Source of the DNA: Archaeoglobus fulgidus DSM 4304
GTDB lineage: Archaea > Halobacteriota > Archaeoglobi > Archaeoglobales > Archaeoglobaceae
NCBI RefSeq assembly: GCF_000008665.1
Contig: NC_000917.1
Span: 1,230,001-1,262,000, forward strand
Length of the DNA stretch: 32,000 nt
Direction: 5' to 3'
Shown here: positions 7,252 through 16,809 of the stretch, piece by piece
Numbering within the stretch: the stretch's first letter is position 1
Layout of the letters: each line of letters starts with the position of its first letter
Program-made: the position numbers and the translations under genes
Notes under the pieces: generated by a model
What the model was told of the DNA's origin: nothing
The model's database searches: none
The model's input: only the letters and a program-made list of their open reading frames with translations

Positions 7252-9198
7252 GTGAAAGAGTTCATAGAGGGGTTGATCAGGCTAACAGAGGTTGAGAGAG
7301 ATGCTCAGATTTCCGCAATGATGGATGAGATAAGGCGGTTGAGCGGAGAGAAGAGAGAAAGGAAGGGGAGGGCTGTTCTGGGGCTGAGAGGTAAGGTGGT
7401 TGGAGAAGAGCTTGGCTTCAAGCTTGTAAGGTACGGGAGGAGGAAAGCAATAGAGACCGAGATTTCTGTTGGAGATGAAGTGCTAATCAGCAGAGGTGAC
7501 CCGCTGAAAAGCGATTTGAGAGGAGTTGTGGTAGAGAAGGGGAGCAGATACCTTACCGTCTCTCTCGAATCCGTTCCGGAGTGGGCGCTGAGGGATGTAA
7601 GAATTGATTTGTATGCCAGCGACCTCACCTTCAAGAGGTGGATTGAAAACCTTGAGAATCTGACGGAAAATGGAAAGAGGGCGCTGAAATTTGCCCTTGG
7701 CCTTGAAGAGCCCTCCAAAACAGAATGTGAAGACTTCAAGCCTTTCGACTCTTCCTTAAACAGAGCGCAGCTCAAAGCTGTTGGCTGTGCCGTCTCAACT
7801 GACGACTTCTTCCTCATTCACGGCCCCTTTGGAACAGGAAAGACGAGAACAGTTGTTGAGGTGGTAAGGCAGCTCGTTAAGAGGGGTGAGAGAGTTCTCG
7901 TTACAGCTGAAAGCAACACCGCCGTTGACAACCTCGTTGAGCTTCTCTCAGACATGAAAATCGTCAGGCTCGGCCACCCTTCGAGGGTTGAGAAAAGGCT
8001 TAAGGAGCACACCCTTGCCTCCCTCGTCCTCAACCACCCCGATTACAAGAGGATTGAGGAAATTAAGGGGAAGATTGAGGAGATTGAAAGAAGAATGGAA
8101 AGGCTGACCAAGCCATCCCCCCAATTGAGGCGTGGTCTGAGCGATGAGGAGATTTTAAGGCTTGCCAGAAGCAACAGAGGGGCGAGAGGTGTTGCAGCTA
8201 AAAAAATAAGGTCGATGGCAGAGTGGATTGAGGCGAGAAAGGCTCTTGACCAGCTTTACACGGAGATGAAGGAAGAGGAGGAGAGAATCGTTAAGGAGAT
8301 CATTGAGGAGAGCGATGTTGTGATTTCGACAAACTCCTCCGCCTTTTTGCTCGAAGAAAGCTTTGATACTGCAGTAATTGACGAAGCAAGTCAGGCAACG
8401 ATTCCAAGCGTTCTAATACCAATAAACAGGGCGAGGAAGTTCATCCTTGCTGGAGACCACCGACAGCTCCCGCCAACGGTAATGAAGGCAGAGAAGCTTT
8501 CAGAGACTCTCTTCGAGAAGCTAATTGAGCTCTACCCTGAAAAATCCCAGCTTCTAAACGTTCAGTACAGGATGAATGAGAAACTGATGGAGTTTCCAAG
8601 CAGGGAGTTCTACGGCGGAAGGATAGTGGCGCATGAGAGCTGCACAGCGATAGCCTTAAGCCAGATAGCGAAGAGAGAGGCTGAGAAGCTGAGAGAGATA
8701 CTTGGAGATGAGCCCCTGGTGTTCATAGACACCTCAAAATGCAAGAACAGGTGGGAGGGAAAGCTTGCGGATTCAACGTCTAGGTACAACAGGCTTGAGG
8801 CAGAAATTGTGACAGAAATCGTTACCGAGTTGCTGAAAATGGGCTTAAAAAAGGAGCAGATTGGAGTTATAACCCCCTACGATGACCAGGTTGACCTGCT
8901 GAGGGAGAAGGTTGACGTGGAGGTCAGCAGCGTTGACGGATTTCAAGGGAGGGAGAAGGAGGTTATAATCATTTCATTCGTCAGAAGCAACAGGAAGAGA
9001 GAGATTGGCTTCCTTGATGACCTGAGAAGGCTGAACGTTTCACTGACGAGGGCGAGAAGGAAGCTGATAATGGTTGGCGATTCGGAAACTCTAAGTGTTA
9101 ATGGCACCTATGCAAGGCTGATAGATCACGTCAAAAGAAAGGGTGTTTACGTTGAGCTGGATAAAAATGGGAAGCTTGGTGGCAATCCGAAGGGCTGA
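7252..9198 (+). CDS. Superfamily-1 helicase, Upf1/IGHMBP2/Sen1-like (AAA_11/AAA_12 type)
   Basis: 648 aa. Walker A GPFGTGKT, DEASQ, GDHRQLPPTV, VDGFQGREKEVIIISFVRSN and LNVSLTRARRKLIMVGD. GTG start. Confidence 0.85.
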   Translation: MKEFIEGLIRLTEVERDAQISAMMDEIRRLSGEKRERKGRAVLGLRGKVVGEELGFKLVRYGRRKAIETEISVGDEVLISRGDPLKSDLRGVVVEKGSRYLTVSLESVPEWALRDVRIDLYASDLTFKRWIENLENLTENGKRALKFALGLEEPSKTECEDFKPFDSSLNRAQLKAVGCAVSTDDFFLIHGPFGTGKTRTVVEVVRQLVKRGERVLVTAESNTAVDNLVELLSDMKIVRLGHPSRVEKRLKEHTLASLVLNHPDYKRIEEIKGKIEEIERRMERLTKPSPQLRRGLSDEEILRLARSNRGARGVAAKKIRSMAEWIEARKALDQLYTEMKEEEERIVKEIIEESDVVISTNSSAFLLEESFDTAVIDEASQATIPSVLIPINRARKFILAGDHRQLPPTVMKAEKLSETLFEKLIELYPEKSQLLNVQYRMNEKLMEFPSREFYGGRIVAHESCTAIALSQIAKREAEKLREILGDEPLVFIDTSKCKNRWEGKLADSTSRYNRLEAEIVTEIVTELLKMGLKKEQIGVITPYDDQVDLLREKVDVEVSSVDGFQGREKEVIIISFVRSNRKREIGFLDDLRRLNVSLTRARRKLIMVGDSETLSVNGTYARLIDHVKRKGVYVELDKNGKLGGNPKG

Positions 9199-9329
9199 GG
9201 AGTCAAACCGATTATTTAAAGCCTCGCCAATTATCTCAAGGCACGCTTAAGCAGAGGATCTTTGATAAAATCATCAAACCAAAATCGAAGGTAGCAATAA
9301 TTCTGATTAGGTAAAATCTACAAAAAACT

Positions 9330-10040
9330 TCAATCAACAATACCCATGCAGAGCTTCTCAAACTTCTCGTGCTCCAGAAGCTCGTTCGCAGTTCCGTTGA
9401 AAGCAACCCTACCGCTGACAAGCAGATAAGCATTATCGCTGATTTCTAAAGCTCTCTGCACATTCTGCTCGACCAGCAGGATTGTGAGCTTCAGGTCATC
9501 CCTCAGCTTCAGAATTCTGTCGAAGATTATCTCCGCAAACTTTGGCGATAGCTGAGCTGTTGGCTCATCCAGCATGAGAACGTTGGCCTTTCTCACCAGA
9601 GCTGTGGCCATTGCCAGCATCTGCCTCTCTCCACCGCTCAGCGTTCCAGCTTTCCTTTTCATGAAGGCCCTTAGCTCAGGGAAGGCATCGAGAGCTGCAT
9701 CAATCCTGTCCTTCACCTCTTCCTTGTCAACTGTGTAGGCGGCAATCTTCAGGTTCTCTTCAACAGTGAGGTTGGCGAAGACGTTGTCCGTCTGAGGGAG
9801 ATAGGCGATTCCCAGCTTTGTTCTTGTGTGGGGGGGCAGTGAGGTTATCTCTCCCCCGTTTAGGAAAACCTGTCCCGAGTGAACGGTGGCGAGGCCGAAA
9901 ATTGATTTGAGCAGCGTTGACTTTCCTGAGCCGTTAGGGCCAACTACCGCTGTAATTGAGTTCTTCTTTATGTCCGCATCCACATCGAAGAGGATGTGGA
10001 GTTCCTTATACCCCGCATTCAATTTCACTGTCCTGAGCAC
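9330..10040 (-). CDS. livF: Branched-chain amino-acid ABC transporter ATP-binding protein (LivF type)
   Basis: 236 aa. Walker [10 protein letters not shown], signature LSGGERQ, Walker B LMLDEP. Confidence 0.85.
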   Translation of the reverse strand: MLRTVKLNAGYKELHILFDVDADIKKNSITAVVGPNGSGKSTLLKSIFGLATVHSGQVFLNGGEITSLPPHTRTKLGIAYLPQTDNVFANLTVEENLKIAAYTVDKEEVKDRIDAALDAFPELRAFMKRKAGTLSGGERQMLAMATALVRKANVLMLDEPTAQLSPKFAEIIFDRILKLRDDLKLTILLVEQNVQRALEISDNAYLLVSGRVAFNGTANELLEHEKFEKLCMGIVD

Positions 10041-10779
10041 CGAGATACACCTCCACCACTTTCGGATTGTTCAGGATGTCCTCCTCCTTGCCCTCTGCAA
10101 TCACACTGCCGTTGGCCATAACGTATATGTGGTCTGTGTATTTAAGCACTATGTCCAGCCTGTGCTCGACGATGAGAAAGCTGACACCCATCTTTTTAAG
10201 CTCAACGAACCTCTCAAGCATGCTGTGAGACAGAACTGGATTTACTCCTGCTATTGGCTCGTCCATTATAAGCAGCTTTGCATCCTTCATCATCGCCCTC
10301 GCCACTTCCAGCAGCTTCAGCTGCCCGCCACTCAGGTTTTGAGCTTCACTGTCCCACAGGTGGTCGAGCTTCAGGAATTCTAAAATCCTGAAGGCTTTCT
10401 CAACTATTTCCTCCTCCTCTTTCAGCCATCTGCCGCTCACTGAGTGAAAGATGCGCTCTCCGTATCCTTCAGGAGCTATCAGCAAGTTTTCGAGCACGGT
10501 CATCTTTTTCAGCGGCTGGGGGATCTGAAAGGTCCTGACTATGCCCAGTCTGCTGATTTCGTGGGGAGGCTTGTTGGTTATGTCCTTTCCCTCAAAGAAA
10601 ACCTTGCCCTCATCCGCTCTGTAGAAACCAGAAACGGTGTTGATGAAGGTCGTCTTTCCGCTGCCGTTTGGGCCGATGACGAGCGTTATACTGCCCTTTT
10701 CCACACCAATATTGACTCTGTTCAAAGCCTTGAGACCGTCAAAAAATTTGGAAAGATTTTGAGTTTGTAAAATCTTCAT
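10006..10779 (-). CDS. livG: Branched-chain amino-acid ABC transporter ATP-binding protein (LivG type)
   Basis: Walker [23 protein letters not shown] and a C-terminal ...VVEVYLG. I place the start at the ATG at 10777-10779 (MKILQTQNL), which overlaps the livK stop as ATGA. The track ORF extends a further 17 codons upstream. Confidence 0.85.
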   Translation of the reverse strand: MKILQTQNLSKFFDGLKALNRVNIGVEKGSITLVIGPNGSGKTTFINTVSGFYRADEGKVFFEGKDITNKPPHEISRLGIVRTFQIPQPLKKMTVLENLLIAPEGYGERIFHSVSGRWLKEEEEIVEKAFRILEFLKLDHLWDSEAQNLSGGQLKLLEVARAMMKDAKLLIMDEPIAGVNPVLSHSMLERFVELKKMGVSFLIVEHRLDIVLKYTDHIYVMANGSVIAEGKEEDILNNPKVVEVYLGAQDSEIECGV

Positions 10780-12053
10780 AGCCACTCTATCTTGTTTTCC
10801 GTGAACTTCCAAATGCCGGCAGTCTGCCACTTGCAGTCCTGAGTTACTTCGTAGATTGCGTAGTCACCGCTTGCTCTGTCATTCCACTCGTTGAGCTTTA
10901 TGTAACCCGAGACCGGCTTTACTCCGTACTCTCCCTTGCTGTACTTCTCCGTCACTTCGGGAATCTTGGCGTTCATAGCATCTGGATCGTAGCTGCCCTT
11001 CTCCTTAACGACCTCAATGTAGCTGAGAACCAGCACCCATGCCGCATCGTAGGCGTTTAGAGCGTACTGGTAGGGCGAATCTCCGAACCCTCTCTCCTTG
11101 TACTTCTTCGCCAGCTGCTCATAGGCTTCTCCTTTTGATTCGAAGAGCGTGCTCAGCATTCTGACTTTGCTCGCCTTGTCGCAGACTTCGAGCATTTTAT
11201 CGCTCAGCGCAGTACCATCGCAGCCCAGCCACAGGACGTTCAGCAGTGGGCTGTCATCCTTGGTCTGAGCGAGCATTGTCGCCGCCTCTTCGTAGCTGAA
11301 AGCTACAACGGCAACTTCTGAAGCGTCATACTTCTGGAGAGCGTCGTTCAGCTTGCTTTCGAGCGTCGCGATGTACGGGGAGAAGTCCGCCGGTGGTGGT
11401 GACGGATATTCTACCGGTTCGCCAACGATTTCAATTCCTGCTGCATCGAGCTTGGGTTTAATAGTCTCATAAAGCCCCTTACCCCAGTCGTTTCCGGTGT
11501 AGGTTATGATTACTGCCTTAATGCCAAGGTCCTTGAGTTCAGCCGTTATTGCGTCAGTCTGCAGGTCGTCAGTACCAACAAATCTGAAGATGTACTTCTT
11601 ATCTTCGGGCTTGGTAATTCCGAGGAGGCTGGGCAGCAATGTGGAAGACGGTGAGATTATTATTATTTTGTTTGACTGTACATACCCCTTTATATTGCTC
11701 ACTTCTCCGCTACCCATTGGCCCTATAACAAGGTTAATCCCTTTAGAATGCAGGCTCTGAATCTTTTCAAGAGCTATCTTTGGGTCAACCTTGGTGTCCT
11801 CGACGTAGAACTCCACAGTGTAGGGCAAACCCTTCTCCTCAAGATACGCGTTTATATCTTCCTTCGCAATTTCCAGCGTGTTCTTGATGCTGTTTCCGTA
11901 GGTTGTCAGCGGGCCGGAGAGGTCAATCATCACGCCTATTTTTATTGCTGTTTTCTGACCCTCCCCCGGCTTCTGCTCTGCTGGTTGTGCACAGAGCGCA
12001 AGCACTACAGCCATTAATACGGCCGCCAAAACTATTTTGTTCCCCCTTCGCAT
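10776..12053 (-). CDS. livK: Branched-chain amino-acid ABC transporter substrate-binding protein (LivK/BraC type, secreted or lipid-anchored)
   Basis: 425 aa. Signal sequence MRRGNKIVLAAVLMAVVLALCAQP with a Cys after the hydrophobic core. The mature part has a type-I periplasmic-binding fold pattern (IKIGVMIDLSGP...). Confidence 0.8.
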   Translation of the reverse strand: MRRGNKIVLAAVLMAVVLALCAQPAEQKPGEGQKTAIKIGVMIDLSGPLTTYGNSIKNTLEIAKEDINAYLEEKGLPYTVEFYVEDTKVDPKIALEKIQSLHSKGINLVIGPMGSGEVSNIKGYVQSNKIIIISPSSTLLPSLLGITKPEDKKYIFRFVGTDDLQTDAITAELKDLGIKAVIITYTGNDWGKGLYETIKPKLDAAGIEIVGEPVEYPSPPPADFSPYIATLESKLNDALQKYDASEVAVVAFSYEEAATMLAQTKDDSPLLNVLWLGCDGTALSDKMLEVCDKASKVRMLSTLFESKGEAYEQLAKKYKERGFGDSPYQYALNAYDAAWVLVLSYIEVVKEKGSYDPDAMNAKIPEVTEKYSKGEYGVKPVSGYIKLNEWNDRASGDYAIYEVTQDCKWQTAGIWKFTENKIEWL

Positions 12054-12068
12054 AGCGTTTATACAACG

Positions 12069-12080
12069 TTAAAATTTTAA
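12069..12080. promoter_or_regulatory. Perfect 12-bp AT palindrome ttaaaattttaa in the 50-bp divergent livK/livH intergenic region (candidate shared bidirectional TATA element)
   Basis: Read directly. Its centre lies about 22 nt from the livK ATG (12053) and about 30 nt from the livH ATG (12104). Confidence 0.4.
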
Positions 12081-12103
12081 AACTTTACTAAAGCTCGGAG
12101 TCT

Positions 12104-13042
12104 ATGGATACTATTTCATCTTTCGAGATCGTCAAAAATATTATCGAAGGGTCTCTCATATACTCCAACCTTCTCGTATTGCTGAGCATAGGGCTCACCA
12201 TTACCTACATAACTACGGCAGTTCCCAACTTCGCGCAGGGGAGCTTCGCAATATTTGGCTCATACGTGGCCCTGACCATGCTGAGGCTTTTTGGCATCCA
12301 CCCCTACGCTTCTTTGCCCGTTGCTTTTGCACTTGGCGGTTTGCTTGGCATTGCAACCTACATCCTCATCCTGCGCCCGCTCATCAGGCGCGGCGCCTCC
12401 GTAGTGATTTTGATGATTGCAACGCTGGCCTTTGACTTGATTCTCCTTGGCATTATTGGCTCATACTCTGAAACTCTCGCAACCATAACCAGAAAATCCG
12501 CCTCGAAGTTCACCTTTATCCCGACAGACTTCAAGATGTTTTCCTTCTCCGCCTCACTCTTCGTTTCTTCCCTGGTTATAATTATTGTTCTCGCATCACT
12601 CGTAACGCTGCTTTACAAAACAAAGTTCGGAGTTGCCCTGAGGGCCTCGATGGAGAACCCCGCTCTGGCTGAGGTGATGGGTGTCAATGTGGAGTACACG
12701 AGGCTCTTCTCGTGGTTTCTTTCAGGCGCTTTGGCTGCGATGGCGGGGTGTCTGCTGCCATTCAAGTACGAAATAGTTCCGAGCACGGGTGCAATCATCA
12801 TTGTCTCCATATTTGCTTCGAGCATTGTCGGGGGGCTTTCAACAATCTACGGAGCATTGCTCGGAGGCTACATAATAGGATTTTCGGAGACAAGTGTTAC
12901 TTACGCACTTTCCTCTGTGTTCGGAACAGGAGTTTTGCTCTACGGCAGAGTTGTTTCGTTGCTGGTGCTAGTCGCAACACTTATCCTCGCCCCCAAGGGC
13001 CTTACAGGTGTGAAGTGGAGGAGGTTGCTATGGAGCAGATAA
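12104..13042 (+). CDS. livH: Branched-chain amino-acid ABC transporter permease (LivH type)
   Basis: 312-aa polytopic membrane protein, divergent from livKGF. Confidence 0.8.
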   Translation: MDTISSFEIVKNIIEGSLIYSNLLVLLSIGLTITYITTAVPNFAQGSFAIFGSYVALTMLRLFGIHPYASLPVAFALGGLLGIATYILILRPLIRRGASVVILMIATLAFDLILLGIIGSYSETLATITRKSASKFTFIPTDFKMFSFSASLFVSSLVIIIVLASLVTLLYKTKFGVALRASMENPALAEVMGVNVEYTRLFSWFLSGALAAMAGCLLPFKYEIVPSTGAIIIVSIFASSIVGGLSTIYGALLGGYIIGFSETSVTYALSSVFGTGVLLYGRVVSLLVLVATLILAPKGLTGVKWRRLLWSR

Positions 13043-14061
13043 TACTCAACCTAGCACTATGGTTTGGTCTATACACAATCGTCAGCCTAAGCCTGAACAT
13101 AGAGTACGGATTCGCCGGAATCCCCAACTTTGGAAGAGCTTTAGCCGTGCTGATGGGAGCCTTTACGGTTGGAGGACTAGTCAACAGACTCCTGATGCTG
13201 GCCTTTAACATTCAGGGTGGGGAGCTCAAAGAAGCTACGGGCAGGCTGGCTTCCACTGTCAATGAGATTATAGCCAACAACCCGGCCTTCGGAATCGGGC
13301 TTATTCTGCTGTCCGTTGTTCTTGCGATGATAATAGGAGCCGTTACGGGAGCTCTCTTCATACTGCCGAGCGCGAAGCTCTCTGAAGACTATCTGGCCAT
13401 CACGCTGCTTGCAATAAGTGAGGTTGCTTTCATGGTTTTCTACTACCACACGGGGATAATCGGAGGCTATTACGGCGTTTCGGTTCCCGACGTCCTCGCC
13501 TTTCTGCCCGGACAGTACAGATCACACGCTTTTGCCGTGATAGCCCTCCTTTTTGCACTTTTGGTGTACATTTTTGTTGAGAGGCTGTTGAACTCCCCCT
13601 ACGGCAGACTTCTGAGGGCGATGAGGGAGAACGAGAGCGTCGTCGAGGCTATGGGCAAGAGCGTGATGACTCTGAGAATCAAAACCGCTGCAATCGGCTC
13701 ATCGATTGCGGCAATTGCAGGCGCTCTTTTCTCCCTTTACTCTGTCAACGTCATTGCAACGAGCTTTTCTAGGGTGGAGTGGACATTCTACCCCTTCCTG
13801 ATGGTTCTGCTTGGTGGGGCGGGTAACAACAGAGGTGTTGTGGTCGGAACCTTCACCTTCGTTCTTGTGAAGATATTGCTGACCATGTACAAGTACGAGA
13901 TAAAGAGCGCCCTGATGCTGCCCTTCGAGGCTGTTTGGCTGGAGTACATACTCTTCGGTCTGCTGATGTACTTCGTACTGCTTTACAGGCCAGAGGGGCT
14001 GATAAAGGAGAAACCAATATTTTCTAAAGTCATCCTGAAGAAGGTAAAAGGGAAGGCATGA
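13030..14061 (+). CDS. livM: Branched-chain amino-acid ABC transporter permease (LivM type)
   Basis: Start placed at the ATG at 13030 (MEQIILNLALWFGLYTIV), overlapping the livH stop. The 12712 start in the track is an out-of-frame read-through of livH. Confidence 0.8.
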   Translation: MEQIILNLALWFGLYTIVSLSLNIEYGFAGIPNFGRALAVLMGAFTVGGLVNRLLMLAFNIQGGELKEATGRLASTVNEIIANNPAFGIGLILLSVVLAMIIGAVTGALFILPSAKLSEDYLAITLLAISEVAFMVFYYHTGIIGGYYGVSVPDVLAFLPGQYRSHAFAVIALLFALLVYIFVERLLNSPYGRLLRAMRENESVVEAMGKSVMTLRIKTAAIGSSIAAIAGALFSLYSVNVIATSFSRVEWTFYPFLMVLLGGAGNNRGVVVGTFTFVLVKILLTMYKYEIKSALMLPFEAVWLEYILFGLLMYFVLLYRPEGLIKEKPIFSKVILKKVKGKA

Positions 14062-14453
14062 ACGTTGAGTTTGTTAGGGATGAGGGTATAGCGATAGAGC
14101 TCAATGGCAGAAGTTACTACGTTAGGGCGTCCCACTTAGGAGTTAAAGATGGGAAGATACTGCTCTGCCTCGACTTCGCTGCCCCCACAGCCTTAGAGCC
14201 TGTCAAAACCTTCCTGAAAAGCTACTCAAAAATCAGGGGGGCGAGGTATGCGGTTTTGATCAGCGGTGAAGAAAGGTGGATTTACGACAACTATTTGGGG
14301 CGAGAAGTTGACGAGGTTGAGGAAAGAGTAGTGGAGGTTAGGGCTGAGGAGAAGGATTATAGACTTGCCGCAGCCTTCTACGCCTTAATCCACTGCGAGT
14401 GTGGTGTTGGAGATGAAGGTAATTGCCTTTGTGGGCTACCCCCTGAGTGGTAA
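14058..14453 (+). CDS. Hypothetical 131-aa protein with a C-terminal H-C-x-C-x7-C-x-C cluster
   Basis: ATGA overlap with the livM stop. Sequence ends ...ALIHCECGVGDEGNCLCGLPPEW. I recognise no family. Confidence 0.5.
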   Translation: MNVEFVRDEGIAIELNGRSYYVRASHLGVKDGKILLCLDFAAPTALEPVKTFLKSYSKIRGARYAVLISGEERWIYDNYLGREVDEVEERVVEVRAEEKDYRLAAAFYALIHCECGVGDEGNCLCGLPPEW

Positions 14454-15372
14454 GAGCACCGCTGCAGAAGTTGCGAGGGAGCTTGGACTTCCTGTTGTCG
14501 TTATGGGCGATGTTGTCAGAGAAGAAGCTGCAAGAAGGGGGCTCGAGCTCACAGACGAGAATCTGGGGAAAGTGGCGAGGGAGCTGAGAGAGAAAGAGGG
14601 GATGGACGCGATAGCCAAGAGATGCATACCGAAAATCCGGGAGCTTCTGAAAGAGCATGGCGTGGTTGTTGTTGACGGAATAAGGGGAGTGGCTGAAGTA
14701 GAGAGGTTCAAAAAGGCTTTTGGTGATGATTTCGTCCTCATCGCCATCGAGTGTCCGCTGGAAGTTAGGTTTGAAAGAGTTAAGATGAGGAAGAGAAGCG
14801 ACGACGTTTCGAGCATTGAGGAACTGAAGGAAAGGGACAGGAGAGAGGAGAGTTGGGGGCTGAAAGAAGCGATGGAGATGGCAGACTTCACAGTGGAGAA
14901 TACGGGCAGCTACGAGGATTTCGTCGAGAAAATCAGGCAGATTCTGCTCAAGCTAGCAAAGAACGTTGAGATTGAAATCAGAACCAAGATTCATCCCACG
15001 GAAAGCGAGGACAAAGTTCTGAAAGCCATCAGAAACATTTTCCCAGATGCGGAGATAGAGATCAGCGAGGAGGGGGAGGTTTACGGCAGAGCTTACAGCC
15101 TTGATAGGTTCAGAGAACTGCTCAGAAAGCAGAGAATCCTCGACACCGCGAGGAGCGAAATACTTAAAGGTAGGAACGGGAAGGAGGTCACGATTTACCT
15201 GAACAAGCAGACGGCGACGGTTTCCAGAATCAACTTCTGCGATGAGAATGCAGTGCTGTCACCCATTAAGGTTACCTTCAGGCTGAACAACATTCCCTTT
15301 TCGAGATTTCTGGACTATATCGCTCCCGAGACAAAGGATGGGAGGCCTGTCAAGGAGATTGACAAGTTATGA
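14413..15372 (+). CDS. Fusion of a P-loop nucleotide kinase-like domain (UPF0200, dephospho-CoA-kinase-like) and a UPF0201/COG1491-type predicted RNA-binding domain
   Basis: MKVIAFVGYPLSGKSTAAE P-loop at the N-terminus. The C-terminal ~135 aa (IEIRTKIHPTESEDKVLKAI...) matches the small archaeal UPF0201 pattern. I prefer the ATG at 14413 to the GTG at 14401. Confidence 0.7.
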   Translation: MKVIAFVGYPLSGKSTAAEVARELGLPVVVMGDVVREEAARRGLELTDENLGKVARELREKEGMDAIAKRCIPKIRELLKEHGVVVVDGIRGVAEVERFKKAFGDDFVLIAIECPLEVRFERVKMRKRSDDVSSIEELKERDRREESWGLKEAMEMADFTVENTGSYEDFVEKIRQILLKLAKNVEIEIRTKIHPTESEDKVLKAIRNIFPDAEIEISEEGEVYGRAYSLDRFRELLRKQRILDTARSEILKGRNGKEVTIYLNKQTATVSRINFCDENAVLSPIKVTFRLNNIPFSRFLDYIAPETKDGRPVKEIDKL

Positions 15373-15857
15373 ACGCAATTCACCGCATTCTGATGACAAC
15401 GGATGGCTCGATAACGGCGATTATTGAGGCTGTAACGCAGAAAAAGGTGGAGGTTGAGACGCTGGAGCAAAAGATTATCAGAGCTGACAGAGAGCTTGCA
15501 GAGCTCCTCGAAATAGATGAGGGGGATGAGGTGAACTACAGGGTTGTTTACCTCAGGGCAAATGGGGAGATATACGCCAAGGCCATCTCCTTCACACCCC
15601 TCAAAAGGCTCGAAAACAGCTTCAGGGAGGATTTGATGAGAGCAGACATCCCTATCGGAAAGATCATGAGAAAGCACAACATAGAGGCGAGGAGAGAGAT
15701 TAGGTGGAGCAGGGTTGAGGAGGCTGATTTAGCTCTCGCCAAGGAGCTTGGAATTGCCGATAGGAGAGTGATTTCAAGAAACTACAACATTATACACCGC
15801 GGGAAGGTTTTGATAAACATAACGGAGTTCTTTCCGATGGAGAGGTTCCGGATATAA
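15369..15857 (+). CDS. Chorismate-lyase/UTRA-fold family protein (DUF98-like)
   Basis: 162 aa. The N-terminus ILMTTDGSITAIIEA is the pattern I associate with the DUF98/chorismate pyruvate-lyase family. ATGA overlap with the upstream gene. Confidence 0.45.
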   Translation: MNAIHRILMTTDGSITAIIEAVTQKKVEVETLEQKIIRADRELAELLEIDEGDEVNYRVVYLRANGEIYAKAISFTPLKRLENSFREDLMRADIPIGKIMRKHNIEARREIRWSRVEEADLALAKELGIADRRVISRNYNIIHRGKVLINITEFFPMERFRI

Positions 15858-15874
15858 TTGAACTTTATCAAAAA

Positions 15875-16809
15875 TTACTTGTGAATGAGGTCAGCAACAA
15901 CCTCAATCGCCTCTGCAAGCCTGTATGAAGGTCGGTTTATTATGTCCGCATCGACGACGTAAACCCTCCCTTCCTTCACGGCCTTAATTCCGCTCAACCT
16001 GTCATCGCTTACAACCCACTCGTAAACGACGTCTTTTCCTCCACCCATCCCCGAGCCGCTGCTGACAATAATCACGTCTGGATTGGCTGCAATCAAGTCC
16101 TCAACACTCACTGTTCTCCAGCCATCAAAGTTAAAGACGTTCTCACCTCCAGCAAGCCTTATCACCTCATCGATGAACGTGTTCTTCCCGCTAACCCATA
16201 TCGGGTCATACCAAAGGATGTGGGCAACCCTGACTTCGGCTTGTCCTTCATACTCTCTCTAACCTTCTCAATCCTCTCAAGCATTTCTTGAACAAGCTTC
16301 GTGGCGTTCTCCTTCTCTCCAGTAGCTACTCCAATCAGAATAATGTCCTTCATCACATCCTCAACGCTTTTCGGGTCAAAGGCTATCACCGTCAAGCCCA
16401 TCCTTCTCAGCGTTTCTATGTTCTCGATTCCGTTGCCGTATGTGGCAACGACAAGGTCGGGTTTGAGGGAAACCACCTTCTCTATATTTATCGTCGTGTA
16501 TCCGCCAATGCTCACAAGCTCTCCCTTCTTCTTTTTTTCCACCACCTCGGGCGGGTAATTGCAGTAGTCCGTCACTCCCACAACCCTATCACCCGCACCA
16601 ATAGCGAAGAGAATTTCCGTGTTGCTTGGAGCGAGAGACACTATTCTCTGCGGATTTCCCTCGTTAATGGTGTAGCCTGTATCATCCACCGGTGTGGCGT
16701 TGAGAATTTCCGTTAGGTTGAAAGATGTATGCTCCTCCGCCGGTTTGGATGAGCAGAGAGGAAGAATGGCGGCGATTAAAAGTAAAAGTAAGATTGTGTG
16801 CTTCCTCAT
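15875..16809 (-). pseudogene. btuF: Corrinoid/iron-complex ABC transporter substrate-binding protein (BtuF/FhuD class), split by a 1-nt frameshift
   Basis: N-terminal ORF 16162-16809 has a lipobox-like signal LLIAAILPLCSS and RIVSLAPSNTEILFAIGAGDRVVGVTDYCNYP. C-terminal ORF 15875-16165 reads IRLAGGENVF...NPDVIIV.... The adjacent frame reads straight through as ...KPK|VRVAHILWYDPIWVSGKNTFIDEVIRLAGG, so one base is missing near 16233-16236. Confidence 0.7.

Noticed and set aside
7305-7817. 170-aa minus-strand ORF inside the SF1 helicase gene, and the similar 14436-14891 ORF antisense to the kinase-like gene
   Set aside because: These are Ser/Leu-rich, low-complexity translations antisense to well-supported genes with clear motifs. 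This is typical of shadow ORFs.
9199-9329. Hairpin tttgat-N6-atcaaa in the convergent helicase/livF intergenic region, as a terminator or ncRNA
   Set aside because: The stem is 6 bp and all A/T-rich, with no flanking T-run on either strand. The evidence is insufficient.
12712-13029. 5' extension of the livM ORF (track start 12712)
   Set aside because: The extension overlaps livH in another frame and translates to non-membrane-like sequence. A good ATG at 13030 begins the hydrophobic permease sequence.
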